A DNA stretch of 63,965 nt, counting the filler, from an uncultured bacterium (GTDB lineage: Bacteria; CAZSTA01): assembly GCA_964609495.1 (NCBI GenBank). It is 11 parts of 11 records of this genome, joined end to end, with 100 filler letters (N's around TTAATTAATTAA, not from the genome) between each part and the next. Parts side by side here need not be neighbours in the genome. Positions count along the whole stretch, not along the records: positions 1 to 6,146 come from CAZSTA010000212.1; positions 6,247 to 12,377 come from CAZSTA010000213.1; 9 more parts are not named here. One strand, 5' to 3'. Made by a program: the position numbers and the translations under genes. The notes under the pieces were generated by a model. It did no database searches, had not been told where the DNA came from, and saw nothing but the letters and a program-made list of their open reading frames with translations. Numbering within the stretch: the stretch's first letter is position 1; each line of letters opens with the position of its first letter. Below, piece after piece: positions 1-8,840 of this stretch.

Positions 1-402
1 CAAAGTACGAGCTTCTAACTTTTGTCCTAGCTGGAGTTTTGCTTTAGCTTCTCCAAATCCAGCTCTGTCTCTGAATTCCATAATAGGAATAATATAACCA
101 TAGTATTTACCAGTTTGTCTCTCATCATAATCTCGGTCATCTTGGGCTTCCACAATATCATTATAGATCTTACCAGCACTAGCATAATAATCAGCAGCAG
201 AAGCCCAATCCTCCTCAGCTTCTCTATCCTGAGCTAAAATATAGAAGGCATCTCCATATTTTTTAAGTGATAAAGGTTGTGGATCGCTTTCATACTCTTC
301 AACCAATTTCTTGGCTTCTGCTATTTTCTCCGGATCTATTTCCGCTGATGCTATTAAAGGTAAAAAACAAATCACTAATATTACAACTACAACCCTTTTC
401 AT
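1..402 (-). CDS. Secreted hypothetical protein, helical/TPR-like, runs off the window start
   Basis: Not in the ORF track. ATG at 402 after an AAGGAGG SD; reads MKRVVVVILVICFLPLIASA-EIDPEKIAEAKK... with a signal peptide and stays open to position 1. Confidence 0.7.
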   Translation of the reverse strand, partial: MKRVVVVILVICFLPLIASAEIDPEKIAEAKKLVEEYESDPQPLSLKKYGDAFYILAQDREAEEDWASAADYYASAGKIYNDIVEAQDDRDYDERQTGKYYGYIIPIMEFRDRAGFGEAKAKLQLGQKLEARTL

Positions 403-442
403 TTTAACATCCTCCTTCTAATCTCAATTACTCTTTATTTGT

Positions 443-471
443 ATATTATCAGAAATATGTGAAATTGTCAA
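443..471 (-). promoter_or_regulatory. sigma70-type promoter
   Basis: TTGACA-17 nt-TAATAT with TGn extension, upstream of the 402 start. Confidence 0.55.
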
Positions 472-609
472 GTGTTTTTGCTTTTCATAATATTAGAAGG
501 ATTAATGGATATGTCAAGGATTAGAAGAAAATTAATTGAAGCTCCTTAATCTCTTCAACTTTACCTAGGGTTGATCTTATAACGATGCTGATCAAAAGTT
601 TTGAGGTGA

Positions 610-638
610 TGGACAAAACCCCAAACTTATGTTATACT
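610..638 (+). promoter_or_regulatory. sigma70-type promoter
   Basis: TGGACA-17 nt-TATACT with TGn extension, directly before AGGAGGTGA SD. Confidence 0.55.
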
Positions 639-658
639 TTAGAAGGAGGTGACAAAAT

Positions 659-1720
659 GTGGATTCGAGAGAACGTTTTTTAACTGCCCTGACTGGAGGA
701 GTTCCAGATAGAGTTCCTGTATTCGATTTCCTCTTTAGCCAGACTATATATGAGGAGGTTTTAGGACACCGTCCCGAATTTTATAATGTGATCGATGCTA
801 TCGAATGTAGCTTGGGATTAGGATTAGACGCGGTTTGGATCCCAGCAGGAGGTCCCCTTGGCTTCGAGGTGAAGATATTGGGGGATGATATGTATATCGG
901 TGAATGGGGAACCACTTGGAAGAAGAATGAATATGCTTGGCCTATTGACGCTCCTTGGGACTATCCGCTCAAGAGCAGAGAGGATTTAAAGAATTATACT
1001 CCTCCTCAAGCCTCTGCCCCAGGAAGGATGAGACCGATCGAGGAAGCTATGAAATTGAACGCAGGTAGGTTGGCTATCCTAGGAGGGGTTTCAGGACCTT
1101 ATACCCAAGCTTGGATTTTAACCGGTTTAGATACCTTCGGGATCAACCTCTATGATGATCCTCAGTTTATCGAAGATATTCTGGATATAGTTACCGAATT
1201 TAATATAGAGCTTGGGCTGATGATGCTCGATATGGGCGTCGATGCAATCATAATCGCTGATGATTTCGGAATGGATACCGGACCTCTCATCTCTCCTAGA
1301 CACTTCCGAGAGATGATCTTACCTCGCTTTAACAAGATGGTTAAGATCTTCAAAGAAAGGGGAGTGCCAGTTCTTCTCCACTGTTGTGGCAATATTAACC
1401 TCTTGATAGCAGATATAGTCGAGAGCGGAATCGATGGTTATCATCCTCTCCAACGCACCGCTCAGATGGATCTTAAGGAGTGTAAGGAGAAGTACGGCGA
1501 GCGGATAAGCTTAGTTGGGAATGTCGATTCGAGTAGGACTTTGCCTTTTGGGACTTACGAGGATGTAGAAGAGGAGACCAGGGAATGCATACGGATAGCC
1601 GGCCCTGGAGGGGGATATATCTGCGCCTCCGATCATTCCCTACATGATGGGATTCCTATGCGAAATATCTGGGCAATGATCGAGACTGTGAAAAAATACG
1701 GGCATTATCCTCTATCCTGA
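659..1720 (+). CDS. Uroporphyrinogen decarboxylase (URO-D)/MtaA-CmuA superfamily protein
   Basis: N-terminal RERF..AL.G..PDRVP, ADDFG, LHCCG, GNVD, GGGYI motifs; GTG start with strong SD. Confidence 0.85.
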   Translation: MDSRERFLTALTGGVPDRVPVFDFLFSQTIYEEVLGHRPEFYNVIDAIECSLGLGLDAVWIPAGGPLGFEVKILGDDMYIGEWGTTWKKNEYAWPIDAPWDYPLKSREDLKNYTPPQASAPGRMRPIEEAMKLNAGRLAILGGVSGPYTQAWILTGLDTFGINLYDDPQFIEDILDIVTEFNIELGLMMLDMGVDAIIIADDFGMDTGPLISPRHFREMILPRFNKMVKIFKERGVPVLLHCCGNINLLIADIVESGIDGYHPLQRTAQMDLKECKEKYGERISLVGNVDSSRTLPFGTYEDVEEETRECIRIAGPGGGYICASDHSLHDGIPMRNIWAMIETVKKYGHYPLS

Positions 1721-1766
1721 TTAATTATTCAAAAATAATTCCTATTGATAGGAGGGAAAATCTATT

Positions 1767-2867
1767 ATGCAATATAGAAAACTTGGGAAGACCGATCTTG
1801 AGGTCTCAGTAGTCGGGTTTGGAGCTATCAAGCTACCCGAGGTTCGTTATGAGGAGGCGGAGCTAGCTTTAAATAGAGCTTTAGATCTCGGTATAAATTT
1901 TGTGGATACTGCTCGCGCTTATCATGATAGCGAGCGGAAGATAGGAAAAGCTCTTAAATCCAGAAGAGATGAATACTATCTCGCTACTAAGACCGTCGCC
2001 CGTGATTATGAAGGGGCGATGATGGATCTGGAGACGAGTTTGAGAGAGCTTCAGACTGATAGGGTGGACATATTGCAATTGCATGCCGTAGGCGATATGG
2101 GCAATTACAATCGGGCGACGGGCTCGAGAGGAGCGTTAGAGGCCGCGAAGAAAGCTTTAGAGCAGGGCAAGATTCGCCATATCGGGATCTCTATCCATCG
2201 CGCTCTACCAGTTATGAGGAAAGCGATCGAGTCGGGAGAGTTCGAAACGATAATGCTCGCTTATAGCATCCTCGATCAGGAAAATGTTGGGCTAGAGATC
2301 ATACCTTTAGCTAAGAAACATGAGGTAGGCGTTATCATTATGAAGTCGCTCTCTGGCGGATTATTAGCTTCTCCTCTAACCTCCGAGGAGAGAAAGAAGA
2401 TCGACTTCGATCCCATCGTTAGGGGATCGCTTAGATATGTGGTATCTAATGAGAATATTTCAGTTGTTATTCCGGGGATGAGGAATGTTAAAGAAGTCGA
2501 GGAGAATGTCGCGGTTGGTTCGATGGAGAAGATATCCGAAACGGAGTTAAGAGAGCTGAGAGAGAAGATCGGAAAGTTAGGGATAAGCTTCAGATATGGC
2601 CAGGTCTGTCAAAGATGTGGATATTGTCAGCCTTGTGAACAAGGGGTCAATATCCCAGTTATATTTATGGCTTATGATATGTATAAGAGCTATCCCGCTA
2701 ACTTGAAATATCTTGGTTTGGAGAAGTATAATAGCCTTGAGGTAAAACCAGATGCTTGTATCGAATGTGGGGAGTGTGAGAGTAAGTGTCCGGCTGGCAT
2801 ACCTATAATGGAGAAGCTAAAGGAAGTAGCCTCATTCTTTGTAGAAGTTCAACAACCAATAGGATAA
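1767..2867 (+). CDS. Aldo/keto reductase with C-terminal 4Fe-4S dicluster
   Basis: YRKLGKTDLEVSVVGFG, DTARAY, LQLH; C-terminal CQRCGYCQPC and CIECGECESKCP. Confidence 0.9.
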   Translation: MQYRKLGKTDLEVSVVGFGAIKLPEVRYEEAELALNRALDLGINFVDTARAYHDSERKIGKALKSRRDEYYLATKTVARDYEGAMMDLETSLRELQTDRVDILQLHAVGDMGNYNRATGSRGALEAAKKALEQGKIRHIGISIHRALPVMRKAIESGEFETIMLAYSILDQENVGLEIIPLAKKHEVGVIIMKSLSGGLLASPLTSEERKKIDFDPIVRGSLRYVVSNENISVVIPGMRNVKEVEENVAVGSMEKISETELRELREKIGKLGISFRYGQVCQRCGYCQPCEQGVNIPVIFMAYDMYKSYPANLKYLGLEKYNSLEVKPDACIECGECESKCPAGIPIMEKLKEVASFFVEVQQPIG

Positions 2868-2883
2868 CGGAGGATATGCGTCT

Positions 2884-4893
2884 ATGAAGCTTGCTTTAGG
2901 CATCGATAGCGGTGGAACTTACACCGATGCGGTAATAATAGATTTCGATAGCGGCGCTGTCTTGGACAGCGCCAAATCTCTGACCACTAGATATGATCTA
3001 TCGGTAGGGATTATCAATTCAATAAACAAGTTACATAAGGTAGATTTAACGAAGGTAAAGTTCGTCTCTATATCTACTACCCTAGCCACGAACTCCATCG
3101 TTGAAGGGAAGGGTGGAAGAGTATGTCTTATCCTTATAGGATACGATCCTGAGCTAATCCGCGCTTTCAACCTAGATTCCAAGATCCCGATCAAGGATTA
3201 TCATATAATCGCGGGGAAGCATAACTTGAATGGGGAAGAGGTTGTGCCACTCGATATGGAGCAGGCTAGGAAGTTAATAGCTGAGAACAAAGATAGGGTC
3301 GAGGCTTTTGCGGTCTCCAGCTTCCTAAGTGTTATGAATCCGGAGCATGAGATCGCGGTCAAAGGGCTTATCGAGTCTCTAACGGATCTCCCAGTTGTTT
3401 GTGGGCATGATCTAACGAGCGAGTTGAACTCGATAAAGAGGGCGGCTACAGTTGCTTTAAACGCTCGTCTGATCCCCGTTATCGAGGAATTGATCCTCTC
3501 AGTTGAACAGGCTCTAGTGGAGAAAAAGATCGAAGCACCCTTAGCGGTCGTTAAAGGAGATGGTTCCCTGATGAGCGCGGAGATGGCTAGGGAGAGACCG
3601 ATCGAGACGATCCTCTCCGGTCCCGCGGCTAGCTCCATCGGGGCTTGGTTTCTCTCTGGGAGAAATGACGGGATGGTTGTCGATATGGGAGGCACTACGA
3701 CTGATATAGCGGTATTAAAAGGAGGGAAGCCGCGGGTTAATCCGAAGGGGGCGACAGTTGGGGAATGGATAACCGCAGTTAGAGCCGCCGATATGAGGAC
3801 CTGCGGGATTGGAGGAGATAGCTATATCAGAATCGATAGGGAGGGAGTTCTAAGGATAGGACCTCGTCGAGTTATCCCCTTATGTCTTGCTAGTGTGGAT
3901 TATCCCCAGATAATAGAGGAGTTAGAGATAGTGGAGAGGGAAGGCAAGAACGATTCGTTAGTCCCTTATAGTGATTTCTTCATCCTGATGAGAAAGCCCG
4001 ATAGATTCGATCTGAATGATAGAGAGAGAAGTATAGTGAAAGTTCTCCAAGATGGACCCAAATCTTTACATAATATATCTAAGGAGTTGGGGATTATTCA
4101 TCCCTATCTAATGGGAGCAGAGAGGCTGGAGGAATTAGGAATTGTAAGCCGAATAGCTCCTACTCCCACGGATGTTCTACATGCTGAGGGATCTTATTTG
4201 GAGTGGAATAGCGAAGCCTCTCAGATCGCAGTTCGCCTCCTAGCTAGAAGATTAAGGATCAGAGTGGAGGATTTCATCATAAGGGTTAAGGAGGAAACAA
4301 CCTCGAAGATCGCCTTAGAGGTGTTGACTAAGCTAACTCAAGACGAGATCGGGGATAAGGATATTCCCGGATGTGATGTTTGTTCGCTGTTCTTAAATAA
4401 GTCCTTAAACGGAAGGGCCCAAGATGACACCATATTGCAATGTGATCTAATCGTGAAACAACCAATAATAGCTATAGGTGCTCCCGTTGCGGCTTATTTC
4501 CCCTATGTTGTCACTAAATTGAAGACCAATCTGGTGATTCCACCCTATGCCGAGGTGGCTAACGCGGTGGGAGCAGTAACAGGGAGCGTGGTAATAGATA
4601 CTCACCTGGAGATCGATCCGATCTATAACGTAGCTGGAATAACTGGATATGTCCTCCACTCTCCTGAGGAGAAGAAGGATTTTGATAGTTTGGAGGAAGC
4701 GATCGATTATGGAATGAAAGTAGGGCTCCAGATCGCTAGAAGAGAAGCTAAGAAGTCGGGAGCAGAGGATATAGAGATAAGAACCGAGAGGATAGATGAA
4801 GGCGGAGATGTGGGAGGGAATGTTAGTTCCAGCTTATATCTGGGGACGATCTTGAAATTTACCGCTATCGGAAGACCACGAATGGCGAATTAA
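2884..4893 (+). CDS. Hydantoinase A/oxoprolinase family (ASKHA-type ATPase) protein
   Basis: GIDSGGTYTDA, STTLATN, ETILSGPAAS, VDMGGTTTD, GIGGDS. Confidence 0.85.
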   Translation: MKLALGIDSGGTYTDAVIIDFDSGAVLDSAKSLTTRYDLSVGIINSINKLHKVDLTKVKFVSISTTLATNSIVEGKGGRVCLILIGYDPELIRAFNLDSKIPIKDYHIIAGKHNLNGEEVVPLDMEQARKLIAENKDRVEAFAVSSFLSVMNPEHEIAVKGLIESLTDLPVVCGHDLTSELNSIKRAATVALNARLIPVIEELILSVEQALVEKKIEAPLAVVKGDGSLMSAEMARERPIETILSGPAASSIGAWFLSGRNDGMVVDMGGTTTDIAVLKGGKPRVNPKGATVGEWITAVRAADMRTCGIGGDSYIRIDREGVLRIGPRRVIPLCLASVDYPQIIEELEIVEREGKNDSLVPYSDFFILMRKPDRFDLNDRERSIVKVLQDGPKSLHNISKELGIIHPYLMGAERLEELGIVSRIAPTPTDVLHAEGSYLEWNSEASQIAVRLLARRLRIRVEDFIIRVKEETTSKIALEVLTKLTQDEIGDKDIPGCDVCSLFLNKSLNGRAQDDTILQCDLIVKQPIIAIGAPVAAYFPYVVTKLKTNLVIPPYAEVANAVGAVTGSVVIDTHLEIDPIYNVAGITGYVLHSPEEKKDFDSLEEAIDYGMKVGLQIARREAKKSGAEDIEIRTERIDEGGDVGGNVSSSLYLGTILKFTAIGRPRMAN

Positions 4894-4949
4894 TCCTTAA
4901 TTTTGTAGATCACCATCTTCAGCTTAAAATATTCTCAGCACGAAATTTT

Positions 4950-4984
4950 ATATAAGCGTCAGTGATTTTCATTGACGCTTATAT
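4950..4984. terminator. Perfect 12-bp inverted repeat (terminator or operator)
   Basis: ATATAAGCGTCA-11 nt-TGACGCTTATAT downstream of the three-gene operon, overlapping the next -35 box. Confidence 0.5.
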
Positions 4985-5000
4985 GCCCTTATGTTATAAT
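4972..5000 (+). promoter_or_regulatory. sigma70-type promoter
   Basis: TTGACG-17 nt-TATAAT with TGn extension. Confidence 0.7.
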
Positions 5001-5039
5001 GATAAAGGTGGTTTTATATCTTCAGGGAGGTGATCTCTT

Positions 5040-6146
5040 ATGCTCAAGAGAATTACTTTGTCTATTCTGATCCTGACTTTACTTCTACTAGGAGAAGCTT
5101 CAGAGACATTTGGACAGAGACAGGGAAGATCAGATTCAAGACTCCAAGAGATGTCCACTTATACTGATGAGGATGATAAATTTAAGATCGATTATCCCCA
5201 AGGTTGGCTTAAAGGATCGCCATGGGATATGACACTCTTGTTCTCTAATCCCAATGGCCCAGAGAAACTAACGGTAGCTAGAGATGATGATCTAGGAGTA
5301 GGAATTACCCCTAGGGAATACGCCAAACTTATAGGTGAATGGCTGAAGGAGAATTATAGTGGTTATCAAGAGATAGATTCTGGCGAAGATCAATTTAATG
5401 ATCAGGATGTCTTTGTTAGAATCTATGATTGGGAGGATGAACAACAAAAGCTGAGATCTATAGAGGCTTATTTTGTGAGAGGGGATACAGGCTTTTCAGT
5501 AATCTGCACAACTGAGGCAAGCAGATATGAGCAGTTCTCCGATCTCTTCGATAAGATCATAGAGAGTTTTGAATTTATCGGTGAGGCTTATAGGGTCTCA
5601 GTCTCTCGGATTACAGAGAAAGTAGAGAGGATTCCTGACTTTCAGACTCATTATGATGCAGGACTCGCTTATTACGATAAGGGAGAAATGGAGAAAGCCC
5701 TGGAGGAATTCAAGAAAGCCTCCGAGGTCAATCCCAATGACGCCTCTATTCACAACGATACAGGACGAGTATATCACTACTGGGGAGATTATGATAACGC
5801 TATAGCTGAGTATGAGAAGGCGATTGAGCTCGATCCCGACTATTTCCACGCTTATCGCAATCTGGCGCTGATCTATCACGATCGTTGGGAATTGGATAAG
5901 GCTTTAGAATATTATCAGAAGGCTTTAGAGATAAATCCTGATTATATAGCTCTCTACAACGATATAGGGTTAGTCTATCATGATAAAGGGGATTACGATA
6001 ACGCGATTATCTGGTATAAGAAAACTGTAGGTAAGGATCCGAACTACTTCCACTCTCAACGCAATCTAGGTCTTATCTATTACAATCAAGCTGAGTATGA
6101 GAAGGCTAGGGAGCAGTTCGAAAAAGCCCTGGATATCGATCCCAGC
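5040..6146 (+). CDS. Secreted PsbP/DcrB-like domain plus TPR repeat protein, 3' truncated
   Basis: Signal peptide; FKIDYPQGW...F.KIIESFEF domain; 34-aa TPRs ending in DP/NP; runs into linker. Confidence 0.8.
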
Positions 6147-6246
6147 NNNNNNNNNNNNNNNNNNNNNNNNNNNNNNNNNNNNNNNNNNNNTTAATTAATT
6201 AANNNNNNNNNNNNNNNNNNNNNNNNNNNNNNNNNNNNNNNNNNNN
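6147..6246. other. Artificial contig linker
   Basis: 44 N + TTAATTAATTAA (stops in six frames) + 44 N. Confidence 0.98.
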
Positions 6247-6247
6247 T

Positions 6248-6352
6248 ATAGCCATCTATAAGCTAGGATACTTAGAGGCCAGAAATAAAGAATTAGAGCA
6301 ATGGTCAAAGGAGCTTTTGATTAGGATTAAAGAACGGATGAAAAGCGGATAG
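6248..6352 (+). CDS. Possible 3' end of an unidentified gene
   Basis: Open from the contig start (IAIYKLGYLEARNKELEQW...KSG*), followed by a GGAGCT/AGCTCC hairpin. Confidence 0.3.
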   Translation: MAIYKLGYLEARNKELEQWSKELLIRIKERMKSG

Positions 6353-6585
6353 AGACTGGAGCTACTAAATTTTACAGCTCCAACCCCTAGTTGAGGAGAC
6401 GATTAAAGATGCGAAGTAATATCCTCTTCTCTAAGAAGGTTTTGACTAAAGGATGTTGAGAATGGTTATTGAGAGTTCTCCGAGAGGATATCTGACTCTG
6501 CCCAACACTAATATCTATTCTAAGCTCCTCCCAGAAAGCTTATCTTTATCTCCTTTCGAGGCTCAGATTTTTCCGAGAAAATGGC

Positions 6586-6614
6586 TTGACTGAATTAGAA
6601 ATTGAGGTTATAAT
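6586..6614 (+). promoter_or_regulatory. sigma70-type promoter of the glycan locus
   Basis: TTGACT-17 nt-TATAAT. Confidence 0.7.
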
Positions 6615-6676
6615 TAAGGCGTTAATTTAAACTCATTACTGCTGATATCACATTTTCAAAGAGAGGGAGAAGATTT

Positions 6677-7474
6677 ATGGAACAGGAACCAGGAATAAGA
6701 GATTATCTAGATATAATCTGGAGAAGAAGGATTATCATTATAGCAATATTTGTAATCTCGATCGCCGCCAGCTTTGCTATCAGTCTCACATTGTCTCCGG
6801 TATATCAAAGCGAAGCTATGGTGCGCTCTGCCCTGATCAATGGAGCACCAGTGGTAAGCACGGCAACTGCGCGCGAGAGTTTGTTGAGTTATAAGGTGAT
6901 GGACAAGCTCATCGAGGAACTTAATCTAGATACCAAAAATTATCAATTAAAAAATAATATAGATATACATCTACCAGCCGATATATTTATTATCGTAGCT
7001 AGAAGCAACGATCCTAAAGAGGCTAAAGCTATTTTAGATGCTCTAGTGGACGAGTATATCTTGGAATGGCAGGAACTATATAGTCAGAGGCTCGCAATCC
7101 TCCAAGATACTGTCCAAAATATGAAAAAGGATATGGAAGATCTGAGAAAGAGCATTGAATTAGAGGAAAAACTTGTAGATAAACTAAATACCTCCTCAAG
7201 TGCTGAAGAAGAAGCTAGGCTATCTCGACTATTAGAGGTGACGGATACTAATAGAAATCGATTAATACAGCTTGAAGCAGTGTATCAAAGTTTAAGGCAA
7301 CAAGTGGCCAATTCCCCAGATTTTGAAGTGATCTCTCCGGCCTTTGTTCCTGAGGATCCTATGAATAGATTTAAAAAATCGAATTTGCTTATAGCGGGAT
7401 TTTTCGGTTTATTTATTGGCGTAGGGTTAGCTTTCTTTGCCGAATACTGGAAGAGCACTGAGAAGAAGGGGTAG
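6677..7474 (+). CDS. Wzz/CapA-like polysaccharide chain-length determinant
   Basis: IRDYLDIIWRRR, N- and C-terminal TM helices, coiled coil, VISPAFVP, GLFIGVGLAF. Confidence 0.8.
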   Translation: MEQEPGIRDYLDIIWRRRIIIIAIFVISIAASFAISLTLSPVYQSEAMVRSALINGAPVVSTATARESLLSYKVMDKLIEELNLDTKNYQLKNNIDIHLPADIFIIVARSNDPKEAKAILDALVDEYILEWQELYSQRLAILQDTVQNMKKDMEDLRKSIELEEKLVDKLNTSSSAEEEARLSRLLEVTDTNRNRLIQLEAVYQSLRQQVANSPDFEVISPAFVPEDPMNRFKKSNLLIAGFFGLFIGVGLAFFAEYWKSTEKKG

Positions 7475-7511
7475 TCGGATTAATTTTTAAATTAGAAGGA
7501 GTAGATTAAAT

Positions 7512-8840
7512 ATGACTCTAGAGGGTAAGATAAGGAATAAAACAGCTCATCTGGGGATCGCAGGATTGGGATATGTAGGACTTCCCCTAGCCGTTGAATT
7601 CGGGAAAAGTGGTTTTTCAGTAGTTGGCGTAGATCCAGATGAACGGAAAGTAGAGATGATAAATAAAGGAGAAAGTTATGTAGTTGATATAGATAGCAAA
7701 GAGGTAAAATTTTTAAGAGATAAAGGAATATTAAGAGCGGATTCGGACTATAGTGAGGCTGAAGAGCTAGATGTAATCTTAATCGCAGTTCCAACTCCTT
7801 TGAGCGACACTAAGCAATTAGATCTATCCTGTGTGATCAGTGCTAGCCAAGATATAGCCAAATATCTTCATAAAGATCAGTTGATCATCTTGGAGAGCAC
7901 CACCTATCCTGGGACGACTGAAGAGGTAGTTCTTCCTATCCTTCAGAGATCTGGCCTTAAAGCTGGGGTTGATTTCCATCTAGCTTTTTCTCCCGAGAGG
8001 ATAGATCCGGGTAATAAGAAATTCACTTTGACTAACACCCCGAAGGTAGTGGGAGGATTGACTAAGAGATGTGGGGAATTAGCTCAACTTCTATATAGCC
8101 AGATTATAGAGAGAGTTGTCCCGGTATCATCCTTGAAGGTTGCCGAGATGTCTAAGTTGCTTGAGAATACCTTCCGGAGCGTAAATATCGCTTTAGCTAA
8201 TGAGATGGCTCTTCTTTGCGATCGGATGGGGATAGATATCTGGGAGGTAGTAGATGCCGCTTCAACTAAGCCCTTTGGCTTTATGCCCTTCTATCCTGGG
8301 CCGGGAGTAGGAGGTCATTGTATCCCAGTTGATCCCTATTACCTGCTATGGAAGGCTCGAGAATACAATTTCCATACCAGATTCATCGAGCTTGCTGAGG
8401 ATATAAATTCAAATATGCCCTTCTACGTGGTGTCCAAGATATCACAAGCTCTTAATTCAAAGGGTAAAAGTGTTAAAAAGGCTCGGATTTTAATCTTAGG
8501 AGCCACCTTTAAGAAAGATGTAAATGATCTTAGAAACTCCCCTTCGCTAAGGGTTATGGAATTACTCTATGAGCAGGGCGCTGAGGTTCTATACAATGAT
8601 CCCTACACCCCCAAACTTGAGATCAATAATGTCAAGATAGTAGGGGATAGAGGACCTCTGTGGCTGAAATCTACCGATCTAAACGAAGATATCCTGAGGG
8701 ATGTTGATTGCGTAGTGATCGCTGTTGATCATAGTCGCTATGATTTCGCTCAGATCGTTCAACATTCCAAATTAATCGTGGATACTAAGAACGCTACTAA
8801 AGAAGTTAAAAATAGTAGGGAGAAGATAATTAAGATATGA
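7512..8840 (+). CDS. Nucleotide-sugar 6-dehydrogenase (WbpA/WecC type)
   Basis: GLGYVGLP, ESTTYPG, FSPERIDPG, KLLENTFR, GGHCIP. Confidence 0.92.
   Translation: MTLEGKIRNKTAHLGIAGLGYVGLPLAVEFGKSGFSVVGVDPDERKVEMINKGESYVVDIDSKEVKFLRDKGILRADSDYSEAEELDVILIAVPTPLSDTKQLDLSCVISASQDIAKYLHKDQLIILESTTYPGTTEEVVLPILQRSGLKAGVDFHLAFSPERIDPGNKKFTLTNTPKVVGGLTKRCGELAQLLYSQIIERVVPVSSLKVAEMSKLLENTFRSVNIALANEMALLCDRMGIDIWEVVDAASTKPFGFMPFYPGPGVGGHCIPVDPYYLLWKAREYNFHTRFIELAEDINSNMPFYVVSKISQALNSKGKSVKKARILILGATFKKDVNDLRNSPSLRVMELLYEQGAEVLYNDPYTPKLEINNVKIVGDRGPLWLKSTDLNEDILRDVDCVVIAVDHSRYDFAQIVQHSKLIVDTKNATKEVKNSREKIIKI

Noticed and set aside
6191-6202. TTAATTAATTAA repeated ten times as a biological repeat
   Set aside because: Always centred in 44+44 Ns; it is a six-frame stop linker added during contig concatenation
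8636-8660. Possible B remnant in the sugar dehydrogenase (IVGDRGPL)
   Set aside because: Only a short purine-rich match that cannot be told from chance
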